Assembly (NCBI GenBank): GCA_035480035.1
Contig: DATIID010000008.1
Location: forward strand, 74,401-138,400
Origin: Candidatus Saccharimonadales bacterium
GTDB taxonomy: Bacteria; Patescibacteriota; Saccharimonadia; Saccharimonadales; OMJO01
Length of the DNA: 64,000 nt
Direction of reading: 5' to 3'
The notes under the pieces were generated by a model that saw only the letters and a program-made list of their open reading frames with translations, did no database searches and was not told the DNA's origin. This document shows, in pieces, positions 18,764 through 28,584 of the stretch. The position numbers were made by a program, and so were the translations under genes. The stretch's first letter is position 1; every line of letters begins with the position of its first letter.

Positions 18764-19164
18764 TAAGTACCCCCTAGTCGATTGCCAATAAATCCAACGG
18801 CCGAGGCGGCAATGACTGCAATAACTGCGCCGATTAAAGCATTAACTATAGTACGACGGGCTTCTGCGGTTTTATCTGGTTCGCCCTGGCTGATTAGATA
18901 AGTAAAGCCGCCCCATATAACAAAGGCAACTGCTACCAAGCCGGCAATTCTCATGACTATATCCAGAGCCGCTAAACCGATTAGCCAATATTGTCCCCAG
19001 CTATGAATAGTTACTTCACATTTACCAGTCAAAGCACTCTTGGAATAGGACAAATACTTGTACCACCTTGGCAAAGCAAAAAAGTTGCTAGCTTTACTAC
19101 AAGTTACTGCCGGGGCGCCAAAAAACCGAAGTTGAGTTAGGGTATACGTCAGAAAAGCGTACAT
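18763..19164 (-). CDS. VirB2/TrbC-like T4SS pilin 5
   Basis: C....FFALPRWYKYL N-terminal motif and GGFTY..SQGEP.....ARRTIVNALIG. Confidence 0.85.
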   Translation of the reverse strand: MYAFLTYTLTQLRFFGAPAVTCSKASNFFALPRWYKYLSYSKSALTGKCEVTIHSWGQYWLIGLAALDIVMRIAGLVAVAFVIWGGFTYLISQGEPDKTAEARRTIVNALIGAVIAVIAASAVGFIGNRLGGT

Positions 19165-19165
19165 C

Positions 19166-19840
19166 CTAGAAGATACCTCCCGGCACTAACCACTGAATGA
19201 ATGACCAGAAGAAACCATAGGCTACTAGCGCGAAGACGGCATTAGCGATCTTGCGACGAGCTGCGGCCACGGCATTGGGGTCGCCACGAGAAGCTGAGTA
19301 CTGGATCCCGCCGACCACAATCATAATGGTGACGAGTATGCCGACGCCGATCCCCAGAAAATCAATTGCCGGGAACAACCACCTATTAAAGATCCGGCAA
19401 CTGGTTGGCGAATCACTAGCCCTAAGCAAACACGATCGTTCGCCTTTTCTATCTGCTAGTTCGGCCACGGAAACTGGAGTGCTGCTATTGCCCCCGCCGT
19501 TGCTGTTATTGCTACTGTTATTACCAGTTTTATTTCCGCCACCTTTATTACCACCAGTAGCAAAGACACCAGATGTACAACTGGCTGGCTGATAAACAAA
19601 GCCGCCGCCGCCGTTTGCTAGCTGTAATATGTAACATTTGTTAGCTACCGGATAGCCGCCGGTCGTCACCGGCCAATGACCACAACCACCAACGCCACTA
19701 GGAGCAACTAGCGATTGATAACAGCGCGGCGCGGCGGCAAATACTGATTGAGTATTTAATATTATTGCGGCAAAGGGCATAAGAATAGCCGCTAAAATAA
19801 CAATAAGTGCTTTTAGGTTTTTATTTTGTTTCATTTTCAT
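19166..19840 (-). CDS. VirB2/TrbC-like T4SS pilin 6 with extended Cys-rich N-terminal domain
   Basis: GGIQYSASRGDP.....ARRKIANA and QWLVPGGIF motifs, with a G/N/S linker. Confidence 0.85.
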   Translation of the reverse strand: MKMKQNKNLKALIVILAAILMPFAAIILNTQSVFAAAPRCYQSLVAPSGVGGCGHWPVTTGGYPVANKCYILQLANGGGGFVYQPASCTSGVFATGGNKGGGNKTGNNSSNNSNGGGNSSTPVSVAELADRKGERSCLLRASDSPTSCRIFNRWLFPAIDFLGIGVGILVTIMIVVGGIQYSASRGDPNAVAAARRKIANAVFALVAYGFFWSFIQWLVPGGIF

Positions 19841-19969
19841 CTGTCTTGATTATAATTCTGGTTTTTAGCTTAAGCAAGTCTATTATACAATGATTCTCCA
19901 AATCCAAGTTCGAAATCAAAATGCATAAGCATTTTGCAGCCGTTTAAATTTGTTGCTAGTATTAAAGAT

Positions 19970-22924
19970 ATGAAAACGGCTAATCCCGTTCGCTATAGGC
20001 TAATTGTGGCTATTTTTTTGTCGCTTTTTGGGTTTACGTTTGTAACTCAATTGATTCATCCCCAAACTGTTCAAGCGGTCACCAACTGTGCTCACTGGGA
20101 TAGAAGTGTCATTCTTTGTCCCGGCGGCCAACTTTTTTACGACAACCAGATTGATGGTAACTACACTTATGTCCTTCAAGGTGATCCCGACAGTTGCGAT
20201 GACACAATTAAGAAGCTTACAAATAACAATACTCAAGCTACTCTACATACCTCGGTACCAGATCCGGTTAATGGTGGCTGTAAAGAGACCACTTCCGGTA
20301 TAACGCTTTCTTTAAACGCACAGTCCAGAATGCCGTTTGTGTATGTGGACGCGACACACATTATTACCAGTGACGGTAAAACTTCCTACACTTATAACAG
20401 TGCCTTAAAACTGTTCGTCGAAGTCGGCGGCGACAAATGTAAAGACACACTTAAAGTAATTGCTGGCGGACCTAATGGAGCCAGCGCGACCGTACAAGTT
20501 ATCGCCAGCACTGGCGGAGCAAATACTGCATACGATAAATGGGCTCAAGAACTAGCATTCGACAAAACTAAAAGACAAAGCATAAGTGGTTGTACCAAAT
20601 ATACCAACGTTGCGGCCAATACCTACAAAGTCAGTACCCAATTTTTAAAACAACCGTCGATAGCAAACCCGGCTATCGCTGGCAGCAACGGTGGTGGTAG
20701 TAATGGTGGTACAGGCGATGGTAGCGGCGGCGGCGGTGTCAATTTTGATTGTGAAGTAAGGTTTTGGAACCCGTTAACTTGGATACTTTGCCCGGTCGTT
20801 GAACTACTTCAAGGTTTCTTAAACTGGTTTGACGTGCAGATTGACGACATGTTGGAGGTTAATCCCAATTATATTGACACCACGAAGACTGAAGGCAAGG
20901 GCTTTTATCAAGCTTGGTCGTCAATTCGTACTATTGCGTTGGTGTTGATAGTGATTTTCGGATTGGTCATGATAATCTCGCAAGCAGTTTCGGTCGGGCC
21001 GTTTGACGCTTATACTATCAGAAAGGTTTTACCCAGGTTGGTGATAGCAACAATCGGCATTGCCTTGTCTTGGAATTTAATGATAACGGCGATAAATCTA
21101 ACTGGCGATCTGGGCGGTTCGATCAGAGGTATCCTGAGCGCACCATTTGATAATCTGACGCTACCGTCACTTGGGCAGGGCGCCACTGGTATATTTGCTG
21201 CCGGTATTGGTACATTTTTAATCGGTACCAGCTTTTTGGGTGCCGTTAGTCTACTATTAACCGCCGTTTTGGCAGTTTTAATTGCGTTCTTTGTACTAAT
21301 AATTAGGCAAATTGTAATAGTGTTGCTGATCATCTTGGCCCCTATTGCCATCGCCTGTTATGTTTTGCCGAATACTTCCAGGGTCTGGAAACTGTGGTGG
21401 GAGTCATTTAGTAAGGCCCTGCTGATGTTTCCCATGATTGTAGCCTTAATTGTCGCCGGACGAATCTTCGCCAAAGTATCGGCGGTCGACGGCGATGTGC
21501 TTCACCAGGTTATCGCTTTCATTGCTTATTTCTTACCGTATTTCCTAATCCCAGCCACGTTCCGTCTAGCTGGTGGTGCTTTATCGACCATTGGTGGCTA
21601 CGTCAACAATCAGGGTAAGGGCGGCTTTGACCGACTTAAGCAATTCCGTCAACAACAGTACAAGACAACTATGGATAAAAACCGGGGGGGTAACCGTCTG
21701 CTTGGTGGTAGAACTGACCCGACGACTGGTAAAGCCATTAATTTTCGCGGTAGAATTAACCGGGGCATGCAAAACTCTACTTTGTTGCCAGGTGCAATAG
21801 CAGCTGGGGGTGTAGTTCGAGGAGTAAGAGATGCCCGTGGACAAGTTAAAGCAATTAGGCGAACAGCTGACTTTGCAGCCGCACAGGAAATTATGAAAGA
21901 TCCAGCTTTTGGAATGCTAGGTGGTAACGAACATAACATGGTGGGTATGCTTGGTACATCTCGTTCGGATATAATTACTAAACTTAGAAGCACAGATTCT
22001 TATAAAGATGCCAGCGACCAAGACTTGAACGAATTAGCTGACACTATCGAGCAACTTCAAAGGGTTCATGGTGCCAAACCATTACAAATTGCCGCTTTCA
22101 TGCAAAAGGCGACCAGCAAGAATGCCTTTAACGAAGCCGGCCAAATGGAGAGAGAAATTGCTGAAGTGGCTGGTGGTGATGGAATCCTGGCCAGCAATCT
22201 AATAGCCCACGCCCGCTCGGCTCAAACCCAAGCTGGCCGAGCCGATAATGTTACTGCTTTTGGCGAGCAGTTTGGGATTGTTGACGATGTTATGCACAAT
22301 CGTATTAAAATCGGCGAACGCACCGAAATTGATCAAGAGACTGGAAAACCAAAGCAAGTACCAATATATGACACTACCAAGAATCCCGAGCAAGTCCAGG
22401 CTGCCGCCGGTCAACGCGTCATACGTGGAGCTTTGGAAACTACTAGTCCAGGCCAAATCTTAGGTGGTACACAAAGAAGTGTTAGCAATTTCATGGCGGA
22501 ATTAGGCCGGCAGTGGGCAGATGCCATTGATCATGGCACAGTAGATGAAATGACGAATGTTGGCGCCAGAATGGCCACCTTCAGGAATGCCATGGGCGGC
22601 GCCACGCCTCAAGTCAGGGAAGAAGTATCAAAAATGCTAGATTCAGCCGGTGTCAACCTTGACTCTGACGAATCTTCTGACCAACAATTAGCCAGAAGGA
22701 TTGCCGACGCTAACATTAGCAGGAGCGGAACACCATTATCTGAAACTGATCGAATTAAGAGTACAAGGACTGTTATGGAAGAAATTCGAACCAAGGCCGG
22801 CCTGTACGATATGGGCAATCGCGAATTAACGCCCGAGGAACGTGCCAATCAGCAGATGATGATGAGTGGTGGTCAGCCACCTGGAACCGGTATCCCGCCC
22901 TCGGGGAACCCCGACGAAAGATAA
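19970..22924 (+). CDS. Extended VirB6/TrbL-like T4SS membrane protein
   Basis: Signal peptide, Cys-rich ectodomain, PLTWILCP, central multi-TM block (W..IR.IA, IRK.LPRL, LAPIA....VLPNT....K.W) and long cytoplasmic tail; start ATG 19970 preferred. Confidence 0.75.
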   Translation: MKTANPVRYRLIVAIFLSLFGFTFVTQLIHPQTVQAVTNCAHWDRSVILCPGGQLFYDNQIDGNYTYVLQGDPDSCDDTIKKLTNNNTQATLHTSVPDPVNGGCKETTSGITLSLNAQSRMPFVYVDATHIITSDGKTSYTYNSALKLFVEVGGDKCKDTLKVIAGGPNGASATVQVIASTGGANTAYDKWAQELAFDKTKRQSISGCTKYTNVAANTYKVSTQFLKQPSIANPAIAGSNGGGSNGGTGDGSGGGGVNFDCEVRFWNPLTWILCPVVELLQGFLNWFDVQIDDMLEVNPNYIDTTKTEGKGFYQAWSSIRTIALVLIVIFGLVMIISQAVSVGPFDAYTIRKVLPRLVIATIGIALSWNLMITAINLTGDLGGSIRGILSAPFDNLTLPSLGQGATGIFAAGIGTFLIGTSFLGAVSLLLTAVLAVLIAFFVLIIRQIVIVLLIILAPIAIACYVLPNTSRVWKLWWESFSKALLMFPMIVALIVAGRIFAKVSAVDGDVLHQVIAFIAYFLPYFLIPATFRLAGGALSTIGGYVNNQGKGGFDRLKQFRQQQYKTTMDKNRGGNRLLGGRTDPTTGKAINFRGRINRGMQNSTLLPGAIAAGGVVRGVRDARGQVKAIRRTADFAAAQEIMKDPAFGMLGGNEHNMVGMLGTSRSDIITKLRSTDSYKDASDQDLNELADTIEQLQRVHGAKPLQIAAFMQKATSKNAFNEAGQMEREIAEVAGGDGILASNLIAHARSAQTQAGRADNVTAFGEQFGIVDDVMHNRIKIGERTEIDQETGKPKQVPIYDTTKNPEQVQAAAGQRVIRGALETTSPGQILGGTQRSVSNFMAELGRQWADAIDHGTVDEMTNVGARMATFRNAMGGATPQVREEVSKMLDSAGVNLDSDESSDQQLARRIADANISRSGTPLSETDRIKSTRTVMEEIRTKAGLYDMGNRELTPEERANQQMMMSGGQPPGTGIPPSGNPDER

Positions 22925-22949
22925 TCAACCTAAATTCTAAAGTAGATTA

Positions 22950-22978
22950 TTGACTATTTCGCTAATGTTTGCTATAGT
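22950..22978 (+). promoter_or_regulatory. sigma70 promoter with extended -10
   Basis: TTGACT-17 nt-TATAGT, with TG immediately upstream of the -10 (TGc). Confidence 0.75.
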
Positions 22979-22987
22979 ATCATTACT

Positions 22988-24364
22988 ATGTCAGAACTTC
23001 CTCCTGATACAAAAACTATAGAAACACCAACAGTCACCGCCGAAATTCCAACTGTTCCGATGCAAGAAGTTAATGCTGGTCCTACAGAAGCATATATATT
23101 AACCGACGAGCCTGGTGTGGCTTGGCTAGGCATGAAACGATGGGTTACGGCATTTAGAGCAGGTATGGCTGAGCATGTCATCAATCAGTCCGACATTAGC
23201 CATCGAGTATCTAGTCATTCAGCCGAATATGCCCTTCAAGAAGATCCTGTCCATACGGCGGCTCTTTCGACACTTAAGAAACCAGGTAGCGTTAGGGTAA
23301 TAAAGGGTGGTTTTAATCTTGAGAGTGGCGATTCCAAAATTAAGTTTGAGCCTGGCATTGTACCAAAATATCATTCAGAAACTGGGGAATTTACAGGAAT
23401 TGATTTTGATTTTGGGCTCAACATAAATGATAGGAACAAAAAAATTAAAGATGGGATCGACGCCGAAGCAAGAGGCGAGTCCCAAAAAAGAGATGTAGAC
23501 AAGGAAGAAGTTTATATTCTCTCCGAACCCGTAGAACGACGCCGGGCCGAGCGGCCCGTCACCTGGCCAGAACGCCGAGCTTCTCTATTTCGAGCACGCC
23601 AGGTTAGAAAAATGAATAATTTACGAATTTCAAGTGGTCGTTTGAAAAAAGACTATTCCACAAAAGCCCAAGAACTTGGCAGTATAGCGCCACGAGATCT
23701 ATTCAGTGCCGAAAGAGGAATGCATGGGCGCAACGTTAGGACGTTTGGCGAAAGACGCGATTATGCTAAAGCCTATCGACAACAACGTAAAAACACTGAG
23801 GGTGGCATAATTAAACGAGCCCTGGGATTGCCAGTTGGGTATGACCGAATTCGCGAAACTACTGAACAGGCCATTCGCGGTGAGTCCCCTATGCAAAAGC
23901 TAAATATTCGTCGACAAGAGAGCGCCAAAGATAAAGCCAAAGGTCTAAGAGAAGATGTTGAGGTGCTCCGCGCACAACACCAGCACGCCAAAGGACGACA
24001 ACAAAAACGTAACAACTATATGGATGAAATAAAGCGTAGGAATACTTACTTTGCGTCGCAACCGGCAAACATTGACAAAACCGAGGCCGAGTTTGTAGCT
24101 GCTTCACCTTTGGTCACAAAATTAAAGAAGCTATCAGCTCGCGCCACTAAATCGCGTGCCGCAAAATCGACGGTTGATATTGCTAGACTAAACCATCAGA
24201 TTCGTAGCCAAACCGACAGTGATAACAAACAGGTATTAGCCGAGAAATTGACCCGGACTCGACAAAAAAAGGCCGGCTTAGCTTCGAAGGCTTACAACCG
24301 ATACAAGGATATAAATCGACGCCGAACTGAAACCGGTAAGGTTGATGTAACCGGCTGGATGTAA
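22988..24364 (+). CDS. Hypothetical soluble basic coiled-coil protein inside the T4SS locus
   Basis: 458-aa ORF with no TM or signal peptide and an R/K-rich C-terminal half. Confidence 0.7.
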   Translation: MSELPPDTKTIETPTVTAEIPTVPMQEVNAGPTEAYILTDEPGVAWLGMKRWVTAFRAGMAEHVINQSDISHRVSSHSAEYALQEDPVHTAALSTLKKPGSVRVIKGGFNLESGDSKIKFEPGIVPKYHSETGEFTGIDFDFGLNINDRNKKIKDGIDAEARGESQKRDVDKEEVYILSEPVERRRAERPVTWPERRASLFRARQVRKMNNLRISSGRLKKDYSTKAQELGSIAPRDLFSAERGMHGRNVRTFGERRDYAKAYRQQRKNTEGGIIKRALGLPVGYDRIRETTEQAIRGESPMQKLNIRRQESAKDKAKGLREDVEVLRAQHQHAKGRQQKRNNYMDEIKRRNTYFASQPANIDKTEAEFVAASPLVTKLKKLSARATKSRAAKSTVDIARLNHQIRSQTDSDNKQVLAEKLTRTRQKKAGLASKAYNRYKDINRRRTETGKVDVTGWM

Positions 24365-24429
24365 TTCGGCAAACTATTATCTGATTTAGCTATTGGCTAC
24401 AGAGGTTAGCTCCTTTATACTTAGTGCTA

Positions 24430-25653
24430 ATGGCTACGTATAAGGTTATCCAGGATATTGAGGCCGAGGACAAGCTGTTGGGGCCGTTAACGCTACGGCA
24501 GTTTATCTATGCTGCGATTACAATCGTTATTGGTTTTATTATCTTTAAAACCCTGGGTTCTGGTGTTTGGTATGTTGCTCTTGGATTGGCACCACCGATG
24601 TTTTTCTTTGGACTACTGGCGGCGCCATTTGGCCATGATCAATCGTCAGAAGTTTGGATGCTTGCCAAAGTTCGTTTTTGGATAAAACCACGAATTAGAA
24701 TCTGGGACCAAGACGGCGTCAACGATTTGGTGACCATTACCGCCCCGAAACCACCGCCAAACTTAACTAATGGTTTGTCTCAGCCCGAAGTTCAAAGCCG
24801 ATTAGAAGCCCTGGCCACCACCATCGATAGCCGTGGTTGGGTGGTTAAAGATTTGGGCTATGACCCATTTGCCACCAATCAAACCGATCGTTTAGTTGAT
24901 GAATCGCAAACACTTAAAGAAGCGTCGCCAGTTGATATGTCTCAAGTGGTTGACGTTATGGATGAAAACACCAACCCAACGGCCCAAAACTTTGACAAAT
25001 TAATGGCCGCGGCTGAGCAATCCCATCGCCAGCAAATTGAGGCCTCGATGCAAAAAGCTATCCAAAAACCGGGTGATAAGTCCAAGACTAAAACCCAACT
25101 TGAAGAGGAAGCCCAGAAACCAGCGCCTGATTTTTGGTTTATGCGTGAAGATCACTCGCCAACCGAACCAGGCATTTCAATTTTCGATAACCCGGCTGTG
25201 GTAGCACCTGGTTCAAGGGACCTTGATTTGCCATATCAGCCAACCGATGAAGAGCAAAAAATTATCAACCGCGCCAAAGACGAACAAGCTCAACCACTAC
25301 CAATTATGTATCACTTAGCCAGGCTGGATGATGTTGAGCAACCCGAGCCAGAACCTGAACCGGCGGCACTGAAACAACCGACGCCGTCCAATATAGCAAT
25401 GAGCAGTTTAGACGTAAAATTACCGCCGATTGTTACTAAAAAAACACCAGATACCAGCAGCTACTCAACACCAAATACTGGCCCTCCCATAACTGCCCAA
25501 ACTGATATAATGAAAAAGAAGATCCCCTCGCTGCCATTCAACAATGATTTGAATGTCGAAACAATTGCGCGCGAAGCCAATCGTGAGACAGTCAAAGTTG
25601 ATACTTTAGGTGACGAGGTGGTGATTAATTTGCATTACAAGGGCACCTCTTAG
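24430..25653 (+). CDS. PrgI (VirB3-like) family protein with long low-complexity C-terminal tail
   Basis: MATYKVIQDIEAEDKLLGPLTLRQF, two TMs and KPR.R.W. Confidence 0.85.
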   Translation: MATYKVIQDIEAEDKLLGPLTLRQFIYAAITIVIGFIIFKTLGSGVWYVALGLAPPMFFFGLLAAPFGHDQSSEVWMLAKVRFWIKPRIRIWDQDGVNDLVTITAPKPPPNLTNGLSQPEVQSRLEALATTIDSRGWVVKDLGYDPFATNQTDRLVDESQTLKEASPVDMSQVVDVMDENTNPTAQNFDKLMAAAEQSHRQQIEASMQKAIQKPGDKSKTKTQLEEEAQKPAPDFWFMREDHSPTEPGISIFDNPAVVAPGSRDLDLPYQPTDEEQKIINRAKDEQAQPLPIMYHLARLDDVEQPEPEPEPAALKQPTPSNIAMSSLDVKLPPIVTKKTPDTSSYSTPNTGPPITAQTDIMKKKIPSLPFNNDLNVETIAREANRETVKVDTLGDEVVINLHYKGTS

Positions 25654-25685
25654 CAATGTTTATCCGAAGGTGGGTGATATAAAAA

Positions 25686-26648
25686 ATGAATCCAAACTCT
25701 AAAACACCAAGTAGTCGACCAACCTCAGGCGCAGTTGGGGGCCAGTATTATGGTGACATTGGTAAATCTCCTTCGCCAATCGCTGGTCCCACACCAGCAG
25801 CCGGCCATGAGCCGCCCCGCCCGCAAAATTATTCTCAGTTTACGCCTATGGGTCAGGCCGCGCCTGCTCCGGGTGCTCCCGGTGGACCACGGGCGCCCTT
25901 GCCGCCACACGTCATAAACCCGAACAGCACTCAAAACATGTTGCAAATTGCCGAAATTCGCGACGGTTTGGTAATTATGAATGATGGCTCATTCCGCTCA
26001 ATCGTTATGGCTCGATCAATTAACTTTGATTTGATGAGCCCGGACGAGCGTGAAACGATTGAATATGCTTATCAAGGTTTTTTGAATTCGTTGCATTTTC
26101 CGGTTCAAATTTTCATTCGCACTGAACGAGTTGATATTCGTCCTTATTTGGAACGGCTCGATAATTTACGGCGGCAACAGGACAATATGTTATTGGCTCT
26201 ATTGATGGAAGACTATATAGGCTACGTTGAAGAGTTGGCCAGCCAAACCAACATTATGGACAAGAAGTTTTATTTAGTTGTGCCGTATTTTCCGGTCGCC
26301 GATATTCAAAAAGCGATTACTCAAAGCAAAAATTTCTTCACTGGTTTAATTGATATGTTTAACAAAAAAGCGCGACGTGTCACCATCAACGAGGCTGAGC
26401 TAAACAATGCTAAGGTGGAACTGCGCGAACGGGTTCAGGGTGTTTTGGCTGGTTTGCAACAAGCCAGTATCAAAGCCTTGCCGCTTGATACCCAAGAATT
26501 GATCGAGTTGTACTACGACATTTACAACCCAGACACTGCTACCCGCCAACAGCTCAAAAACTTTGACGGTATTAGCGAACCTGTGGTGACCAAAGGCGAG
26601 GGCGAAGCGCCCCAACCAGGACTAACTCCGGAGAATAACAATGGCTAA
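25686..26648 (+). CDS. T4SS VirB4-associated (TraC N-terminal-like) protein
   Basis: STQ..L.IAEIRDG.VI..DG, SINFDL.S..E and FLNSL.FP.QI motifs; overlaps virB4. Confidence 0.75.
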   Translation: MNPNSKTPSSRPTSGAVGGQYYGDIGKSPSPIAGPTPAAGHEPPRPQNYSQFTPMGQAAPAPGAPGGPRAPLPPHVINPNSTQNMLQIAEIRDGLVIMNDGSFRSIVMARSINFDLMSPDERETIEYAYQGFLNSLHFPVQIFIRTERVDIRPYLERLDNLRRQQDNMLLALLMEDYIGYVEELASQTNIMDKKFYLVVPYFPVADIQKAITQSKNFFTGLIDMFNKKARRVTINEAELNNAKVELRERVQGVLAGLQQASIKALPLDTQELIELYYDIYNPDTATRQQLKNFDGISEPVVTKGEGEAPQPGLTPENNNG

Positions 26649-28563
26649 GAAAATTGACGCTGTCACCGCCGCCGAACAACAACGCTTGCTTGAAGAACAA
26701 CAAGTCCAAACTGCTTTTCAAAAAGGCATTACGGCGCTGCGCGATTTTATTGCACCCAGTTCCATCGAGTTAAAATCGACTTTTTTCCAGATTGGTACAC
26801 GTTATGCTCGAGCTTACTACGTTTATGGCTACCCGAGGCAGTTATTTACTGGTTGGCAGAGCAGCATAATCAATCTTGACGAAGTAATTGACCTGTCGAT
26901 GTACATTTACCCAGTGGAAAGCCAAGTTGTGTTGGAAAACCTGCGCAAAAAAGTCGGGCAACTGGAAGCTGGTTTGCAGATCGACGCCGAAAAAGGCCGC
27001 GTTCGAGATCCGGCCAAACAAATTGCCATTTTAGACGCTGAAGAAATGCGCGACAAATTGCAGGTCGGGGAGGAACGCTTCTTTAGATTTAGCATGTACT
27101 TCACGCTTTACGGTAGTAGCCAGGAAGAGTTGGAGTTTGTTTCGCGCAAAGTTGAATCGATTCTTGGACAACAGTTAATTTTTTCTAAGCCGGCCACGTC
27201 TCAGCAAGAGCAAGGTTTAAACAGTACGATTCCGCAGTTTATAGACCAATTGCAGATTAAACGTAATTTTAGCACTGGTGCGCTTAGTACCAGTTTCCCA
27301 TTCACCTCGGCTGATCTAACTCAAGAAAACGGTATCCTTTATGGCATCAACATGCACAACTCAGGTTTAGTTATCTTTGATCGGTTTACTCTAGAAAACA
27401 GCAATGCCGTGGTGTTTGCGAAGTCTGGCGCCGGTAAATCTTTCGCGGTTAAGTTGGAAGCTTTGCGAAGTCTGATGATGGGTACGGAGATTTTTATCAT
27501 CGACCCAGAGAACGAGTATCAGCGTATGGCTGAAGCCGTTGGCGGGGCATATATTCGACTGAGCCTAAACTCTGCGACTCGAATCAATCCATTTGACCTA
27601 CCGACTGTAGTGGATGTTGAGGAGGCCGACAACGCCTTGCGTAGTAACTTAATTACCTTGCATGGATTGCTGCGTCTAATGATGGGTGGTGCTCAAGCCG
27701 TCCTGGCCAGTGGTTCGTCAACTGCCGCACCGGCGCTATCTCCAGTTGAAGAGGCCGATCTGGATTCCTCCCTAATTGAAACTTATGCCCGCGCCGGCAT
27801 TACCAATGACCCCTTAACTCACAAGTCACCACCTCCCACCATTAATGATTTATATGACACACTCCTGCACATGGGTGGCTCGGGACCGCAATTGGCTTCG
27901 CGTCTACGCAAATATACCAGCGGCACATTTGCTGGCATTTTTTCTCAGCCCAGCAATATCGACATCAACAATACTATGGTGGTCTTTAACATCCGCGACC
28001 TAGAAGACGAATTACGACCGGTCGCTATGTACATCGTGCTGAACTATATTTGGAACAAAACTAAGGCCGACCAACAACGTCGTATCTTGGTCGTGGACGA
28101 GGCCTGGCAATTGATGAAATACGAGGACTCGGCTAATTTCTTATATTCGTTAGCGAAACGGGCTCGTAAATACAACCTTGGTATTACCACAATCACTCAG
28201 GACGTCGAAGACTTTATGGGTTCCCGTATGGGTCGGGCGATTGTGGCCAACGCCAGTATGCAGGTGCTTATGAAGCAAGCGCCATCGGCCGTTGATGTGT
28301 TATCTGATGTTTTTAAGTTGACCAGCGAAGAAAAGAAGCGGCTCAGCCAATTCCCGGTCGGACAAGGTCTATTCTTTGCAGGACAAAACCATGTGCACAT
28401 TCAAGTAGCGGCCAGCGCGACGGAAACTGGTTTGATCTCAACAACACCAGTCGCTAGGCAAGCAGCTGCAGCTCAGGCTAGTCAGTCAACCGGCGAACTT
28501 GACCAAGCCCAGGGCAGTATCGAACTGAACAATCAGCCACCACCGCCAGCGGGGGGAGTATAA
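26641..28563 (+). CDS. virB4: VirB4-family T4SS ATPase
   Basis: Walker A AKSGAGKS, IIDPENEY, INPFD, Walker B VVDEAW, KRARKY and TQD. Confidence 0.92.
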   Translation: MAKKIDAVTAAEQQRLLEEQQVQTAFQKGITALRDFIAPSSIELKSTFFQIGTRYARAYYVYGYPRQLFTGWQSSIINLDEVIDLSMYIYPVESQVVLENLRKKVGQLEAGLQIDAEKGRVRDPAKQIAILDAEEMRDKLQVGEERFFRFSMYFTLYGSSQEELEFVSRKVESILGQQLIFSKPATSQQEQGLNSTIPQFIDQLQIKRNFSTGALSTSFPFTSADLTQENGILYGINMHNSGLVIFDRFTLENSNAVVFAKSGAGKSFAVKLEALRSLMMGTEIFIIDPENEYQRMAEAVGGAYIRLSLNSATRINPFDLPTVVDVEEADNALRSNLITLHGLLRLMMGGAQAVLASGSSTAAPALSPVEEADLDSSLIETYARAGITNDPLTHKSPPPTINDLYDTLLHMGGSGPQLASRLRKYTSGTFAGIFSQPSNIDINNTMVVFNIRDLEDELRPVAMYIVLNYIWNKTKADQQRRILVVDEAWQLMKYEDSANFLYSLAKRARKYNLGITTITQDVEDFMGSRMGRAIVANASMQVLMKQAPSAVDVLSDVFKLTSEEKKRLSQFPVGQGLFFAGQNHVHIQVAASATETGLISTTPVARQAAAAQASQSTGELDQAQGSIELNNQPPPPAGGV

Positions 28564-28584
28564 TGTGGCAAAAGGGTATTTGGG

